64,000 bases of DNA, from NCBI GenBank assembly GCA_036274895.1, contig DASUEU010000058.1, positions 84,885 through 148,884 on the forward strand, read 5' to 3'. How positions within the stretch are numbered: position 1 is the first letter of the stretch; each line of letters begins with the position of its first letter. Below the pieces are notes generated by a model. It saw only the letters and a program-made list of their open reading frames with translations. It was not told the origin of the DNA and did no database searches. Below, piece by piece: positions 17,841 to 26,888 of this stretch. Origin of the DNA: Thermoanaerobaculia bacterium (GTDB lineage Bacteria > Acidobacteriota > Thermoanaerobaculia > Multivoradales > SZUA-115). Both the position numbers and the translations under genes were made by a program.

Positions 17841-19397
17841 ATGAAGACCCTCAAGAGCTACGTTTGCGGCCAATGGTTCGAAGCCTCCTCGGGCTTCAGC
17901 TCCCTCTTCGACCCCGCCACCGAGCAGGAGATCGCCCGCGCTTCGACCGCCGGTGTCGACTTCGGCGCCGTTCTCGCCCACGCCCGGGAGCAGGGCCTGC
18001 CGGCCCTCCAGGCGATGACCTTCCGCGAGCGGGCCGAGTTGGTCAAGGGCCTCTCCAAGGTGATCCGCGACCACCGCGACGAGCTGCTCGACCTCTCCCG
18101 CCAGAACACCGGCACCACCATCCCGGACGGCGCCTTCGACGTCGACGGCGCCTCGGGCACTCTGGCCTTCTACGCCGCCCTGGGCAAGGGCCTGGGGGAC
18201 TCGCCCTTCGTCATCGACGGCGAGAGCACCCAGCAGTCCCGCTCGGGCGAGGTGGTGGGCCAGCACGTCTTCGTGCCCCGCCGGGGCGTGGCCGTGCACG
18301 TCAACGCCTTCAACTTCCCGCTCTGGGGCTTCGCCGAGAAGGCGGCTTGCAGCCTGCTCGCCGGCATGCCGGTCGTCACCAAGCCGGCGACCGCCACGGC
18401 CCTTGTCACCGAGCGCTGCATCGAGCTGATCGTCGCGGCGGGCATCCTTCCAACCGGTGCCCTCCAGCTGCTGACCGGCAACACCGGCGACCTGCTCGAC
18501 CGCCTCGGCCCCTTCGACGTGCTCGCCTTCACCGGCTCGGCGGACACCGCTCGCGGCTTGAAGGCCCGGGGGCGCATCCTCGAGGCCTGCACCCGGGTCA
18601 ACGTCGAGGCGGACAGCCTCAACGCTGCCGTGCTCGGTCCCGACGTGGCTCCCGGCTCGGCGACCTTCGACCTCTTCGTGCGCGACGTGGTGCGTGAGAT
18701 GACCCAGAAGACGGGGCAGAAGTGCACGGCGGTGCGCCGCATCCTGGCGCCGGCGGTGCAGCTGGGCGCGGTGCGGGAAGCCCTGGCCGAAAGCCTGGGC
18801 CGGGTCGTCACCGGCAACGCCGCCGACCCCGCCGTGACCATGGGTCCGCTCGCAACCGCTTCCCAGCTCGCCGACAGCCTCTCCGGGCTCGCCGAGCTCG
18901 CGGCCGAGGCCAGGATGGTGGTGGGGCAGGCGGCCCGCGCGGACGGCGTGGGCAGCCCGGCGGGCAAGGGCTGGTTCCTGGCGCCGGTGCTGCTCGAGGC
19001 CGCGGACGCCCGCAGCTCCCCGGCAGTGCACCGCCGCGAGGTCTTCGCGCCGGTCGCCACCCTGCTACCCTACGACGGCTCTGCCGCCGAGGCCGCGGCC
19101 CTGGTGACCCTGGCCGAAGGCACACTGGTGACCTCGGTCTACACCGACGACGGCGGCTGGTTGGCCCCCTTCGCAGCCGTGGCCGGCGCCGCCACCGGCC
19201 GGATCTACATCGGCTGCGAGGCGGCGGCCGCCGAGGCGCCGGGCTCGGGCGCGGCCTTCCCCCAGAACCTCCACGGCGGCCCGGGACGGGCCGGCGGCGG
19301 CGAGGAGCTGGGCGGACTGCGCGGCCTGGCCCTCTACCTCCAGCGCGTGGCCCTGCAAGGCGGTAAGGGCTTGATCTCGGCCCTGACGGCGGCCTAG
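17841..19397 (+). CDS. paaN: PaaN/PaaZ-type aldehyde dehydrogenase (oxepin-CoA ring-opening ALDH domain only)
   Basis: Starts MKTLKSYVCGQW. The blocks GVAVHVNAFNFPLWGFAEK, MPVVTKPATATAL and HGGPGRAGGGEELGGLR align closely with the E. coli PaaZ N-domain. There is no MaoC hydratase domain. Confidence 0.8.
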   Translation: MKTLKSYVCGQWFEASSGFSSLFDPATEQEIARASTAGVDFGAVLAHAREQGLPALQAMTFRERAELVKGLSKVIRDHRDELLDLSRQNTGTTIPDGAFDVDGASGTLAFYAALGKGLGDSPFVIDGESTQQSRSGEVVGQHVFVPRRGVAVHVNAFNFPLWGFAEKAACSLLAGMPVVTKPATATALVTERCIELIVAAGILPTGALQLLTGNTGDLLDRLGPFDVLAFTGSADTARGLKARGRILEACTRVNVEADSLNAAVLGPDVAPGSATFDLFVRDVVREMTQKTGQKCTAVRRILAPAVQLGAVREALAESLGRVVTGNAADPAVTMGPLATASQLADSLSGLAELAAEARMVVGQAARADGVGSPAGKGWFLAPVLLEAADARSSPAVHRREVFAPVATLLPYDGSAAEAAALVTLAEGTLVTSVYTDDGGWLAPFAAVAGAATGRIYIGCEAAAAEAPGSGAAFPQNLHGGPGRAGGGEELGGLRGLALYLQRVALQGGKGLISALTAA

Positions 19398-19562
19398 GGA
19401 CGCGGTCACCGCGCCCCATCGCCCGCAGGGCCGACACGCTGTCCGCCCCTCCCGCCGCCCCCTTGGACGTGGCGCCGTGGCGCTTCGTATGCTATGTCGT
19501 CATTTATGGCACATCGGCATGCGTAGGTCCTGCCGGGACCGCGCACCCCCAAGGAGGAACCC

Positions 19563-21581
19563 ATGCACCGCCCTTCCCGTGCTCCACGCCTCGGTTCCCT
19601 GATCTTCCTCGCCTCCCTCGCCGTTTCCGTCCTCCTCCCACCCCTCCCCGCCCTCGGCCAGCTCGTCCCCTCCGGCCTCAACCGCCGGGCCTCCGAGGGC
19701 ACCGTCTCCGAGCTGGCCTTCGCCGCCGCCGCCGATGAGGACAGCTCCCTCTGGCTGGTCTGGCAGGAGGCCACGGGCACGGTATCCGGCGGGCCGGTGC
19801 GGGTGCGCCATCTGCGCTCCTCGGGCCTTCCCTTCGGCCCGTCACAGGTGGTGGCACAGCCGGGCGAGCCCGTGGAGGTCGCCGCCGCCCTCGATCCCGA
19901 AGCGGGGTTCCTCACGCTCTGGACCGAGCGCACCAGCAACAACAACGTCAACCTCCGGGCCCTGCGCCAAGGAACCTCGGCCTCCTACGTGGTCAACGGC
20001 AGCGGCAACCGCCTGCGCACCAGGCCCTCGATCTCTTGCCGCCGCGACCTCGGTTGCGTCGCCGTCTGGCTCGAGTACAACGCGACCGCGAGTCCCTTCG
20101 CCGGGCACATCTGGGCGCGGCGCCTCGACGCCTTCGCTCAGCCGGTGGGTCAGGCCTTCCGCGTCACCGACACTCCCGAACCGTTCTTCGCCGCGCCCAG
20201 CGTCGACCTCGCCTCTGATGGCCGCTCGGTGGTCTCCTGGCCCGCCGGTCGGCTCGTCCCCGGTGGCTATCCGGGCACCTTCGTGGTCATCCAGAGCCCT
20301 CGGGCACGCACCTTCTCCGCCTCCGGCACGCCGCTCGGGCCGGCGGCCAGCCTGGACGACCTCGAGACCTTCGGCGACGTCGCCGTCGACGCGCGCTGGG
20401 ACGAGGACGGCCAGATCGTGGCGGTGTGGAACCAACCGTTCAGCCACTCCAACCGGGAGTTCGGCGTCTTTGCCCGGGCGTTGGACGCCTTCGCGGGCTT
20501 CCGCTCCAACGTCGTCCGCCTGGCCCGCGGCGTGGCCTATGCGCCCAGCCTGCGCTTCCTGCCCCTCGCCGGGCGCTTCGTGGCCGGCTGGCAAGACGCC
20601 CCCGCCAGCAACAACCTCGCCGGCCTGGCCCAAGCCTTGACCCTGCTGATCGACGCCAACGCCAGCCCCGCGGGCACTCCCATCCCCGCCACCCAGTCCG
20701 CCGAGGCGCTGCCGTTTCAGCTCCGACTCGCTGCCGGCGAGCGGGACACGGCCTGGGCGGTGTGGCCGGAGCGGGGCTCCGGCGGCACGCCCGGTCCTCT
20801 CGTCGTGCAGCGGGTCTTCGCTTCGGGCTCCCCCTGCATCGGCTTCCCGCCGATCCCCTGCGCCGTGATGCGGGGGGACGAGCGCTTCGTCGCCTGGATC
20901 AACTACCGCGACCCCCGCGGCGTGCAGTTCCTCGCGCCGCCCGTACCCTTGACCGCCGACACCACCGGCTTCACCTTCACCTCGGCCGAGGTGCCGGAGA
21001 TCGTCGCCAAGGTCCTCGACGGCCGGGACTTGAACGAGCGCTTCTGGGTCTTCTACGCCTCGCTGACCGACCAGGAGTTCTCGCTGGTGATCCTCGATCG
21101 GGCCACCGACAACACTCGCGCCTACTACAACCGCCAGGGTCGGCTGGCCAGCTCCGCCGATACCGGCGCCTTCGCCGATCCACCCGGCGGAGCTCCCGCC
21201 CCGCCGGCCCTCGAGGGCCTGGTCGGGCCCCGAGCCCTGGCCACTGCGTGCCCGGGCACCGCCACCTCGCTCTGCCTGCTCGACAGTCAGTATTTCGTCG
21301 AAGTGGACTGGGAAGACTTCCAAGGTGCCACCGGCCAGGGCCAGACGGTGCCCGCGACCTCGATCGGCGGCTACTTCACCTTCTTCGATCCGGCCAACAT
21401 CGAGCTGGCGGTCAAGCTGATCGACGGCCGGGCCGTCAACGGCCACTTCTGGGTCTTCTATGCCTCGCTGACCAGCGTGCCGTTCACCCTGCGGATCAAG
21501 GACGCGGGAGGCAACGTGGTGGCCGAGTACACCAATCCGTCTGGCAACATGGCGAGCGTGGCCGACGTTGAGGCCTTCTGA
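19563..21581 (+). CDS. secreted repeat protein, tandem paralog 1, with duplicated conserved C-terminal ~100-aa domain
   Basis: Signal peptide and an AAGGAGGA RBS. An internal and a terminal copy of the domain ..FTF..P.N.E.AVK(L/V)(I/L)DG..(V/L)N..FW(V/T)FY.SLT...F.L.I.D.. are present. The C-terminal 56 aa are identical to the downstream paralog. Confidence 0.7.
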   Translation: MHRPSRAPRLGSLIFLASLAVSVLLPPLPALGQLVPSGLNRRASEGTVSELAFAAAADEDSSLWLVWQEATGTVSGGPVRVRHLRSSGLPFGPSQVVAQPGEPVEVAAALDPEAGFLTLWTERTSNNNVNLRALRQGTSASYVVNGSGNRLRTRPSISCRRDLGCVAVWLEYNATASPFAGHIWARRLDAFAQPVGQAFRVTDTPEPFFAAPSVDLASDGRSVVSWPAGRLVPGGYPGTFVVIQSPRARTFSASGTPLGPAASLDDLETFGDVAVDARWDEDGQIVAVWNQPFSHSNREFGVFARALDAFAGFRSNVVRLARGVAYAPSLRFLPLAGRFVAGWQDAPASNNLAGLAQALTLLIDANASPAGTPIPATQSAEALPFQLRLAAGERDTAWAVWPERGSGGTPGPLVVQRVFASGSPCIGFPPIPCAVMRGDERFVAWINYRDPRGVQFLAPPVPLTADTTGFTFTSAEVPEIVAKVLDGRDLNERFWVFYASLTDQEFSLVILDRATDNTRAYYNRQGRLASSADTGAFADPPGGAPAPPALEGLVGPRALATACPGTATSLCLLDSQYFVEVDWEDFQGATGQGQTVPATSIGGYFTFFDPANIELAVKLIDGRAVNGHFWVFYASLTSVPFTLRIKDAGGNVVAEYTNPSGNMASVADVEAF

Positions 21582-21605
21582 ACCTCCCGTCTTGGAGACC
21601 CTGCC

Positions 21606-23594
21606 ATGAAGCAGCGACAACGCCGACTCGCCGCCTTCACGCTCCGGCTTTTCCTGCTCGTCCTCGGCTCGGCCGGCGTCGTGGCCGCCCAAGAGCTGAT
21701 ACCCATCGGGGTCAACGTCCCGGTTCCGGGGCAAGCCTCCGCGGCCTCGCTCGACGGCGAGGCCGTGCTGTTCGTCGGGCAAGTGCAAGTCCAGGCCTCG
21801 CCACCCCTCCACGAGTTGACGGGCCGCCTGTTCACCGCGGCGGGAGCCCCGGCTGGGGGAGAGGTCGTCCTGGTCTCCGGCCCGGCAGCCTTCAGCCACA
21901 CCCTCGCCACCGCTTCTGACGGCAGCTTCCTGTTGATCTGGGGCGAGAGTACCCCTTTGGGGGGCCTGCTCCACCTCTTCAGCCGATCCTATGGCCCCGG
22001 CCTCGTCCCTCTCGGAGCGGTCCGGGATCTCGGCATCGAGGCGATCGCCGGCCTGCGAGGTGAATCGCCGGCCCTGGCCTGCGGCGCCGACCAGTGCGTG
22101 CTGGCCTGGTGCGGCTTCGCTGGCGGCGTCCTCGAGGCGCGCTACCAGCGCCTCGCCCCGGACGGCACACCCCAGGGAAGCACCCACCTGGCCGGTGTGC
22201 TGCACTCCAGCTTCAATGGACCGGTGTCCGTCGCCCTCGCCGACGACGGCAGCCTGGCCGTGGCCTGGACCGAGGTCACCACGGGTCCTTTCGCCACCAC
22301 CTTCGGCGCGCCCTTCCTGGCTCTCTTCGACCCGGCGGACGACCTGCGCTCGACACAGGCTCTGGAGCCGTCCCGACTGCTCAGCCCAAGGTCCATCGGC
22401 CTGGCCTGGGCTCCGGCCGGTGAGGTCCTGGTGGCCCTCGACGAGAACGTCGGGCACCCCCTCCTGCCGGTCTCCAGGGTCAAGGTGCAGCGTTTCGACG
22501 GCCAAGGCATGCCCCTCGCGCCGGCGACGGTGGTCGACGACGGCAGCGGCTTCGAGCCCGCTCTACTGTGGTCCCCCGACCTCGAGCGCTTCGTGCTCGC
22601 CTGGTGGTCCGCACCTTGCTGCTCCCCCCAGGGTCGGACCGCCGTGGTGACCCGCCTGCTCGACGCCACGGGCACGCCCACGGGCGTACCGCTGGAGGTC
22701 AGCCGCAACGTCAACCGAGAACCCTCCTTCCAGGTCAGCCGGCCGATGCTGGTGGACCTGGGCGGGGGCGAGATCTTCGCCGCTTGGCAAGTGGACGCGG
22801 CTCCGGGCGGCCCCTTCTTCGCCCAGCGGCTTTCGGCGACCTCGCCCTGTCTCGGCTTTCCCCCTACGCCCTGCATCTCCGCCGGACCGGACGACCGCTT
22901 CCTTCTCTTCGTCAACGTTCGCACCCCAGGCGGTGGGCAAATCCTGGCGCCGTCGTCCCGTCTGACGCCGGACAGCGTGGCCTTTACCTTCACCTCTCCC
23001 GACGTCCCCGAGGTCTTCGCCAAGATGATCGACGGCACGGGCTTGAACGACCAGTTCTGGACCTTCTACGGCTCGCTGACCGACCAGGAGTTCTCCCTCG
23101 TGGTGATCGACCGGGCCGCCCGGCTGACGCGGGGGTATCACAACCCGCCGGGACGGCTGGCCAGCTTCGGCGACACCTCGGCCTTCCCGGCCATGGCTCC
23201 GCCGCCGAGCGGGGAGCTGCTGCCGCTCGCCCTCGCGCCACCAGCGGCGGCCGCGGCCCCCTGTCCGCCGGTCGCCGGCCTGCTCTGCCTCCTCGACGGC
23301 CAGTTCTACGTCGAGGTGGAGTGGACCGACTTCCAGGGCGGCAGCGGCGACGGCCAACCGGTTCCGGCCACGGCGAACGGCGGCTACTTCACCTTCTTCT
23401 CGCCGGACAACGTCGAGATCGCGGTCAAGCTCCTCGACGGCCGCGCCGTCAACGGCCATTTCTGGGTCTTCTACGCCTCTCTGACCAGCGTGCCGTTCAC
23501 CCTGCGGATCAAGGATGCGGGAGGCAACGTCGTCGCCGAGTACACCAACCCCTCCGGCAACATGGCGAGCGTCGCTGATGTCGAGGCGTTCTGA
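21606..23594 (+). CDS. secreted repeat protein, tandem paralog 2
   Basis: Signal peptide. It has the same two-copy domain architecture as paralog 1. The last 170 nt are ~88% identical to paralog 1, and the differences are synonymous. Confidence 0.7.
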   Translation: MKQRQRRLAAFTLRLFLLVLGSAGVVAAQELIPIGVNVPVPGQASAASLDGEAVLFVGQVQVQASPPLHELTGRLFTAAGAPAGGEVVLVSGPAAFSHTLATASDGSFLLIWGESTPLGGLLHLFSRSYGPGLVPLGAVRDLGIEAIAGLRGESPALACGADQCVLAWCGFAGGVLEARYQRLAPDGTPQGSTHLAGVLHSSFNGPVSVALADDGSLAVAWTEVTTGPFATTFGAPFLALFDPADDLRSTQALEPSRLLSPRSIGLAWAPAGEVLVALDENVGHPLLPVSRVKVQRFDGQGMPLAPATVVDDGSGFEPALLWSPDLERFVLAWWSAPCCSPQGRTAVVTRLLDATGTPTGVPLEVSRNVNREPSFQVSRPMLVDLGGGEIFAAWQVDAAPGGPFFAQRLSATSPCLGFPPTPCISAGPDDRFLLFVNVRTPGGGQILAPSSRLTPDSVAFTFTSPDVPEVFAKMIDGTGLNDQFWTFYGSLTDQEFSLVVIDRAARLTRGYHNPPGRLASFGDTSAFPAMAPPPSGELLPLALAPPAAAAAPCPPVAGLLCLLDGQFYVEVEWTDFQGGSGDGQPVPATANGGYFTFFSPDNVEIAVKLLDGRAVNGHFWVFYASLTSVPFTLRIKDAGGNVVAEYTNPSGNMASVADVEAF

Positions 23595-23638
23595 CAGAGC
23601 TTCTGCTAGTCTCTGCGTCGAGGATCATCCGTCGCTCC

Positions 23639-25252
23639 ATGTTTCAAGCTTCGCTCGACCTCGGAACGCGAGAGGACTCAGTGGAGGCCGAGACGCAGGT
23701 AGCTGATCTCGAGGGCCGCCAGCTCGCTCTGCTCAACGAGATCGCTCGCATCGCCAGCGAAGATATCGAGCTGCAGCCGATGCTCCAGCGCATCACCGAC
23801 GCCCTCGCCGTGAGGTTCGGCTGGGAGCTGGTGGCGCTCATCCGCATCGACGGCGAACGCAGCGAGTTCGTCTGCGAAGCCTTGACCACCACGCTCGAGA
23901 CCCAGGTGCGACCCGGCTACCGCCGCGCTCTGGGCAGCGGCGTGGTGGGCCGGGTGGCCTCGACCGGTCAAGCGATCCTGCTCGACGACGTGCGCGAGGC
24001 CGACTTCTACGTCGACACCCTGCCCGATTGCCGTTCCGAGCTCTGCCTGCCGATCAAGCACCGTGGCGAGGTGGTGGCCCTGCTCAACCTGGAGAGCCCA
24101 CGCCTCGCCGCTTTCGCCGGCCAGCTCCCCATGCTCGAGACGGTGGCGGAGCAGGTAGCCGGAGTGATCGCCAGCGCCCGCCTCTATGAGGAGGCCCGGC
24201 GCCGCACCCGGGACCTCGAGATCCTCTCCGAGGTCTACCGCCGCGCCCTCGAGGGCTCGGAGCTGACTCGCACCCTCGATGCCATCGCGCGGGAGATCCG
24301 CAACCGCCTGGGCTTCGACTTCGTTTCGATCGGGGTGCTCTCCGAGGACGGCTCCAGCCTCGACCTCCAGGGCTGGGCGGCGAAGACCTCCCTGCCGCTG
24401 GCCCACGGTTATCTGTGGCCCGTGGACAAGGGGATCCTGGGGCGCGCCCTTCGGGACCGCAAGCCCCAGCTCGTCTTCGACGTCGACCGCGACCCCGACT
24501 ACGTGCCCTTCGTGCAGGGCGTCAAGGGCGAGTTGGCGGTGCCCATCCTGTTTCGTGACAACGCAGTGGGCTCGCTCAACGTCGAGACCGCCCGGCCCGA
24601 GGAGCTGTCGCAGGACAACGTGCGGCTGCTGGCGATGCTCGCCGACCAGATCGCCGGCGCCCTCCACCTGGCCCTGGTCAACCGCCGCCTGGAGGAGGCC
24701 AACCAGCGCTTGGTGCAAACCAACGAAGCCCTCTCGCACCTCTCCCTGATGGACGCTTTGACCGGGGTGAGCAACCGGCGCCATTTCGAGCAGGCCCTCG
24801 ACCTCGAGTGGCGGCGGGCCTACCGCGAGCGTCGCCCGCTGGCCCTCGCGATGGTCGACATCGACCACTTCAAGGCCTTCAACGACGCCTACGGACACCA
24901 GGCGGGCGACGACTCCCTGCGCCGGGTCGCTCAGGTGCTGAGCAACACCATCCAGCGCGCCGGCGACCTGGTCTCGCGCTACGGCGGCGAGGAGTTCGCC
25001 GTCATCCTCCCCGGCCTCGATGCCGGGGTGGCCGCCAACCTCTGCGAGCAGCTGCGCGCCCGGGTCGAGCAGCTCGGCATCCCCCACGGCTCGAGCACCA
25101 CCGCCCCGCAGCTGACCATCAGCGCCGGCGTGGCCGGGCTGGTGCCCCAGCCCGGCCAGTCCTCACGCAACCTGGTCGCCAAGGCCGACAACGCCCTCTA
25201 CCTGGCCAAGAGCTATGGCCGCAACCGCGTGGTGAGGGCGCCCGACGACTAG
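23639..25252 (+). CDS. GAF-GAF-GGDEF diguanylate cyclase
   Basis: The C-terminal GGDEF domain contains RYGGEEF and is preceded by two GAF-like regions. Confidence 0.85.
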   Translation: MFQASLDLGTREDSVEAETQVADLEGRQLALLNEIARIASEDIELQPMLQRITDALAVRFGWELVALIRIDGERSEFVCEALTTTLETQVRPGYRRALGSGVVGRVASTGQAILLDDVREADFYVDTLPDCRSELCLPIKHRGEVVALLNLESPRLAAFAGQLPMLETVAEQVAGVIASARLYEEARRRTRDLEILSEVYRRALEGSELTRTLDAIAREIRNRLGFDFVSIGVLSEDGSSLDLQGWAAKTSLPLAHGYLWPVDKGILGRALRDRKPQLVFDVDRDPDYVPFVQGVKGELAVPILFRDNAVGSLNVETARPEELSQDNVRLLAMLADQIAGALHLALVNRRLEEANQRLVQTNEALSHLSLMDALTGVSNRRHFEQALDLEWRRAYRERRPLALAMVDIDHFKAFNDAYGHQAGDDSLRRVAQVLSNTIQRAGDLVSRYGGEEFAVILPGLDAGVAANLCEQLRARVEQLGIPHGSSTTAPQLTISAGVAGLVPQPGQSSRNLVAKADNALYLAKSYGRNRVVRAPDD

Positions 25253-25989
25253 GCGGTGCGCTGGATGCGCGCGGCACGGCTGCTGCCCACCGCCAGCCAG
25301 GAGCCGGAGAGGATCACGATCGTCACCAGGAAGATGATGTAGGCCAGGATCTCGGGGGAGAGCCCAGAGGCCTTGGGCACCGCCAGCGTGGGGTCGTGCT
25401 TCATGGTCGCTGCCACCATGCCGGTGTAGTGCATGCCGCACACCGCGATGCCCATAACCAGGGCGCTGGCGATCATGTGCCACATCTTGACGGCGTGAAA
25501 GACCAGCCAGAGGGCGGCGATCGAGGCCACCACGGCGATGGCCACCGAGATCGAGACCAGGGCCGTGTCGTAGGTCAGGGTCCCCTGCATGCGCATCGCC
25601 GCCATGCCGGTGTAGTGCATGCTGGCGACGCCCGCACCCATCACCGTGCCACCCAGCACCAGACGGCCCGGCTGCTTCGGGCCCTGGCCCACCACGTAGA
25701 GACCGAAGCCCGTCACCAGCACGGCGACGATCAGGGAAGCGAGGGTGAGGGGAATGTCGTACTCGACCGGCATCCCCATCTTGTACGCCAGCATGCCGAT
25801 GAAGTGCATCGACCAGATGGCGCCCCCGCCCATCGCCAGGGCACCGGCGACCAAGGAGCGCCACTTCTCGCTTCCCATCGCTCCGGCCTCCTGGCGCAAC
25901 AGCCGCAACGCCGTGAACGCTCCGAGCACCGAAGTGACGTAGGAGAGAGCGACCAGCAGATAGTCGTAGTGGGCTTCGACGTGTTCCAT
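25249..25989 (-). CDS. MHYT-domain membrane sensor protein
   Basis: Three MHYT-type motifs (MHFIGM, MHYTGM twice) sit in 6-7 TM helices. The gene converges on the GGDEF gene with a 4-nt overlap. Confidence 0.8.
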   Translation of the reverse strand: MEHVEAHYDYLLVALSYVTSVLGAFTALRLLRQEAGAMGSEKWRSLVAGALAMGGGAIWSMHFIGMLAYKMGMPVEYDIPLTLASLIVAVLVTGFGLYVVGQGPKQPGRLVLGGTVMGAGVASMHYTGMAAMRMQGTLTYDTALVSISVAIAVVASIAALWLVFHAVKMWHMIASALVMGIAVCGMHYTGMVAATMKHDPTLAVPKASGLSPEILAYIIFLVTIVILSGSWLAVGSSRAARIQRTA

Positions 25990-26020
25990 GTACCCTCCTC
26001 GGCCGATCGGCCGATGTCCA

Positions 26021-26506
26021 TCAGCTTGCAGATGCCGAGCGATCGCCGGCGGCGCTCGGCAACCTCTCGAGACAGATCAGCAGATAGCTCCGGAATCCCC
26101 GCCAAAGGATGGGGATCACGAAGGTCTTCAAGTGACGCGGAAAGGAGATCTTGTCCGGCCTGCCCCACAGCACCACCGGCACCGAGATCAGGAACTCCGC
26201 ACCGAAGTATTGCCGGGCGTTGCCGGCGATGGTGTTGGCGACCTCGCCCACCAAATCGGCCAGGCTCTCGAAGCTGGTGTCGTGCTCACCGAGCACTCGC
26301 AGCAGCTCGGACAGCTGGTCGGCGCTGGAAGTGAAGTACACCGCGCCTCGATGGCGGCCGGAGATACCGATCACCCCGGTGAAGTCCAGGGTGACCGACT
26401 CCTCGCCCCGCAGGTAAGGCGTCTCGACCTCGGCGGCCTGGCGCGAAACGCGCTCGAAGTAACGGATCACTCCGTCGATGAAGACCTTGATTTCTTCGTC
26501 GGTCAT
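26021..26506 (-). CDS. CheX/CheC-like chemotaxis phosphatase
   Basis: The DLVGEVANTIAGNA motif is characteristic of CheX. The gene overlaps the upstream CheY gene by 4 nt. Confidence 0.65.
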   Translation of the reverse strand: MTDEEIKVFIDGVIRYFERVSRQAAEVETPYLRGEESVTLDFTGVIGISGRHRGAVYFTSSADQLSELLRVLGEHDTSFESLADLVGEVANTIAGNARQYFGAEFLISVPVVLWGRPDKISFPRHLKTFVIPILWRGFRSYLLICLERLPSAAGDRSASAS

Positions 26507-26868
26507 GGTGTCGATCCCAGCAGGTTGTCGAGCGCCTTGTTGATGTCCTCGACCGAGAACGGCTTGGTGACGTATTCGTTGGCTCCGCGCTCCACCGCCT
26601 CGATGGCCGTGGCGGCATCGCCCAGGGCCGAGATCACCATCAGATGGGTGTCGGGCTTGATCGCCATCATCTCGGTGATGCAGGTCAGGCCGTCCATCTC
26701 CGGCATGGTGATGTCCATGGTGACGAAGTCAGGCAGGTGCTGGCGAAACAGCTCCAGGGCCTCCCGGCCGTTCGCCGCTTGATAGATCTTGTGGATCCGA
26801 TCCGAGATGATGTGGCGCTCGATGGTCCGGCGAACAATGCTCGAGTCATCAACGATCAACAGCTTCAC
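26503..26868 (-). CDS. CheY-like single-domain response regulator
   Basis: 121-aa receiver domain with MKLLIVDDS.., ..DITMPEMDG.. and ..KPF... The spacing matches the phospho-acceptor Asp and Lys. Confidence 0.85.
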   Translation of the reverse strand: MKLLIVDDSSIVRRTIERHIISDRIHKIYQAANGREALELFRQHLPDFVTMDITMPEMDGLTCITEMMAIKPDTHLMVISALGDAATAIEAVERGANEYVTKPFSVEDINKALDNLLGSTP

Positions 26869-26888
26869 TCTGGTCTCCTCACTCGGCC

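Noticed and set aside
17394-19031. 545-aa minus ORF antisense to PaaN, and similar antisense ORFs 19842..22505, 27213..29564, 32604..34403, 36673..38133, 38799..41417, 53173..55026 and 57810..58976
   Set aside because: Each is antisense to a gene with strong family motifs or paralog support. They share Gly/Arg/Pro low-complexity composition.
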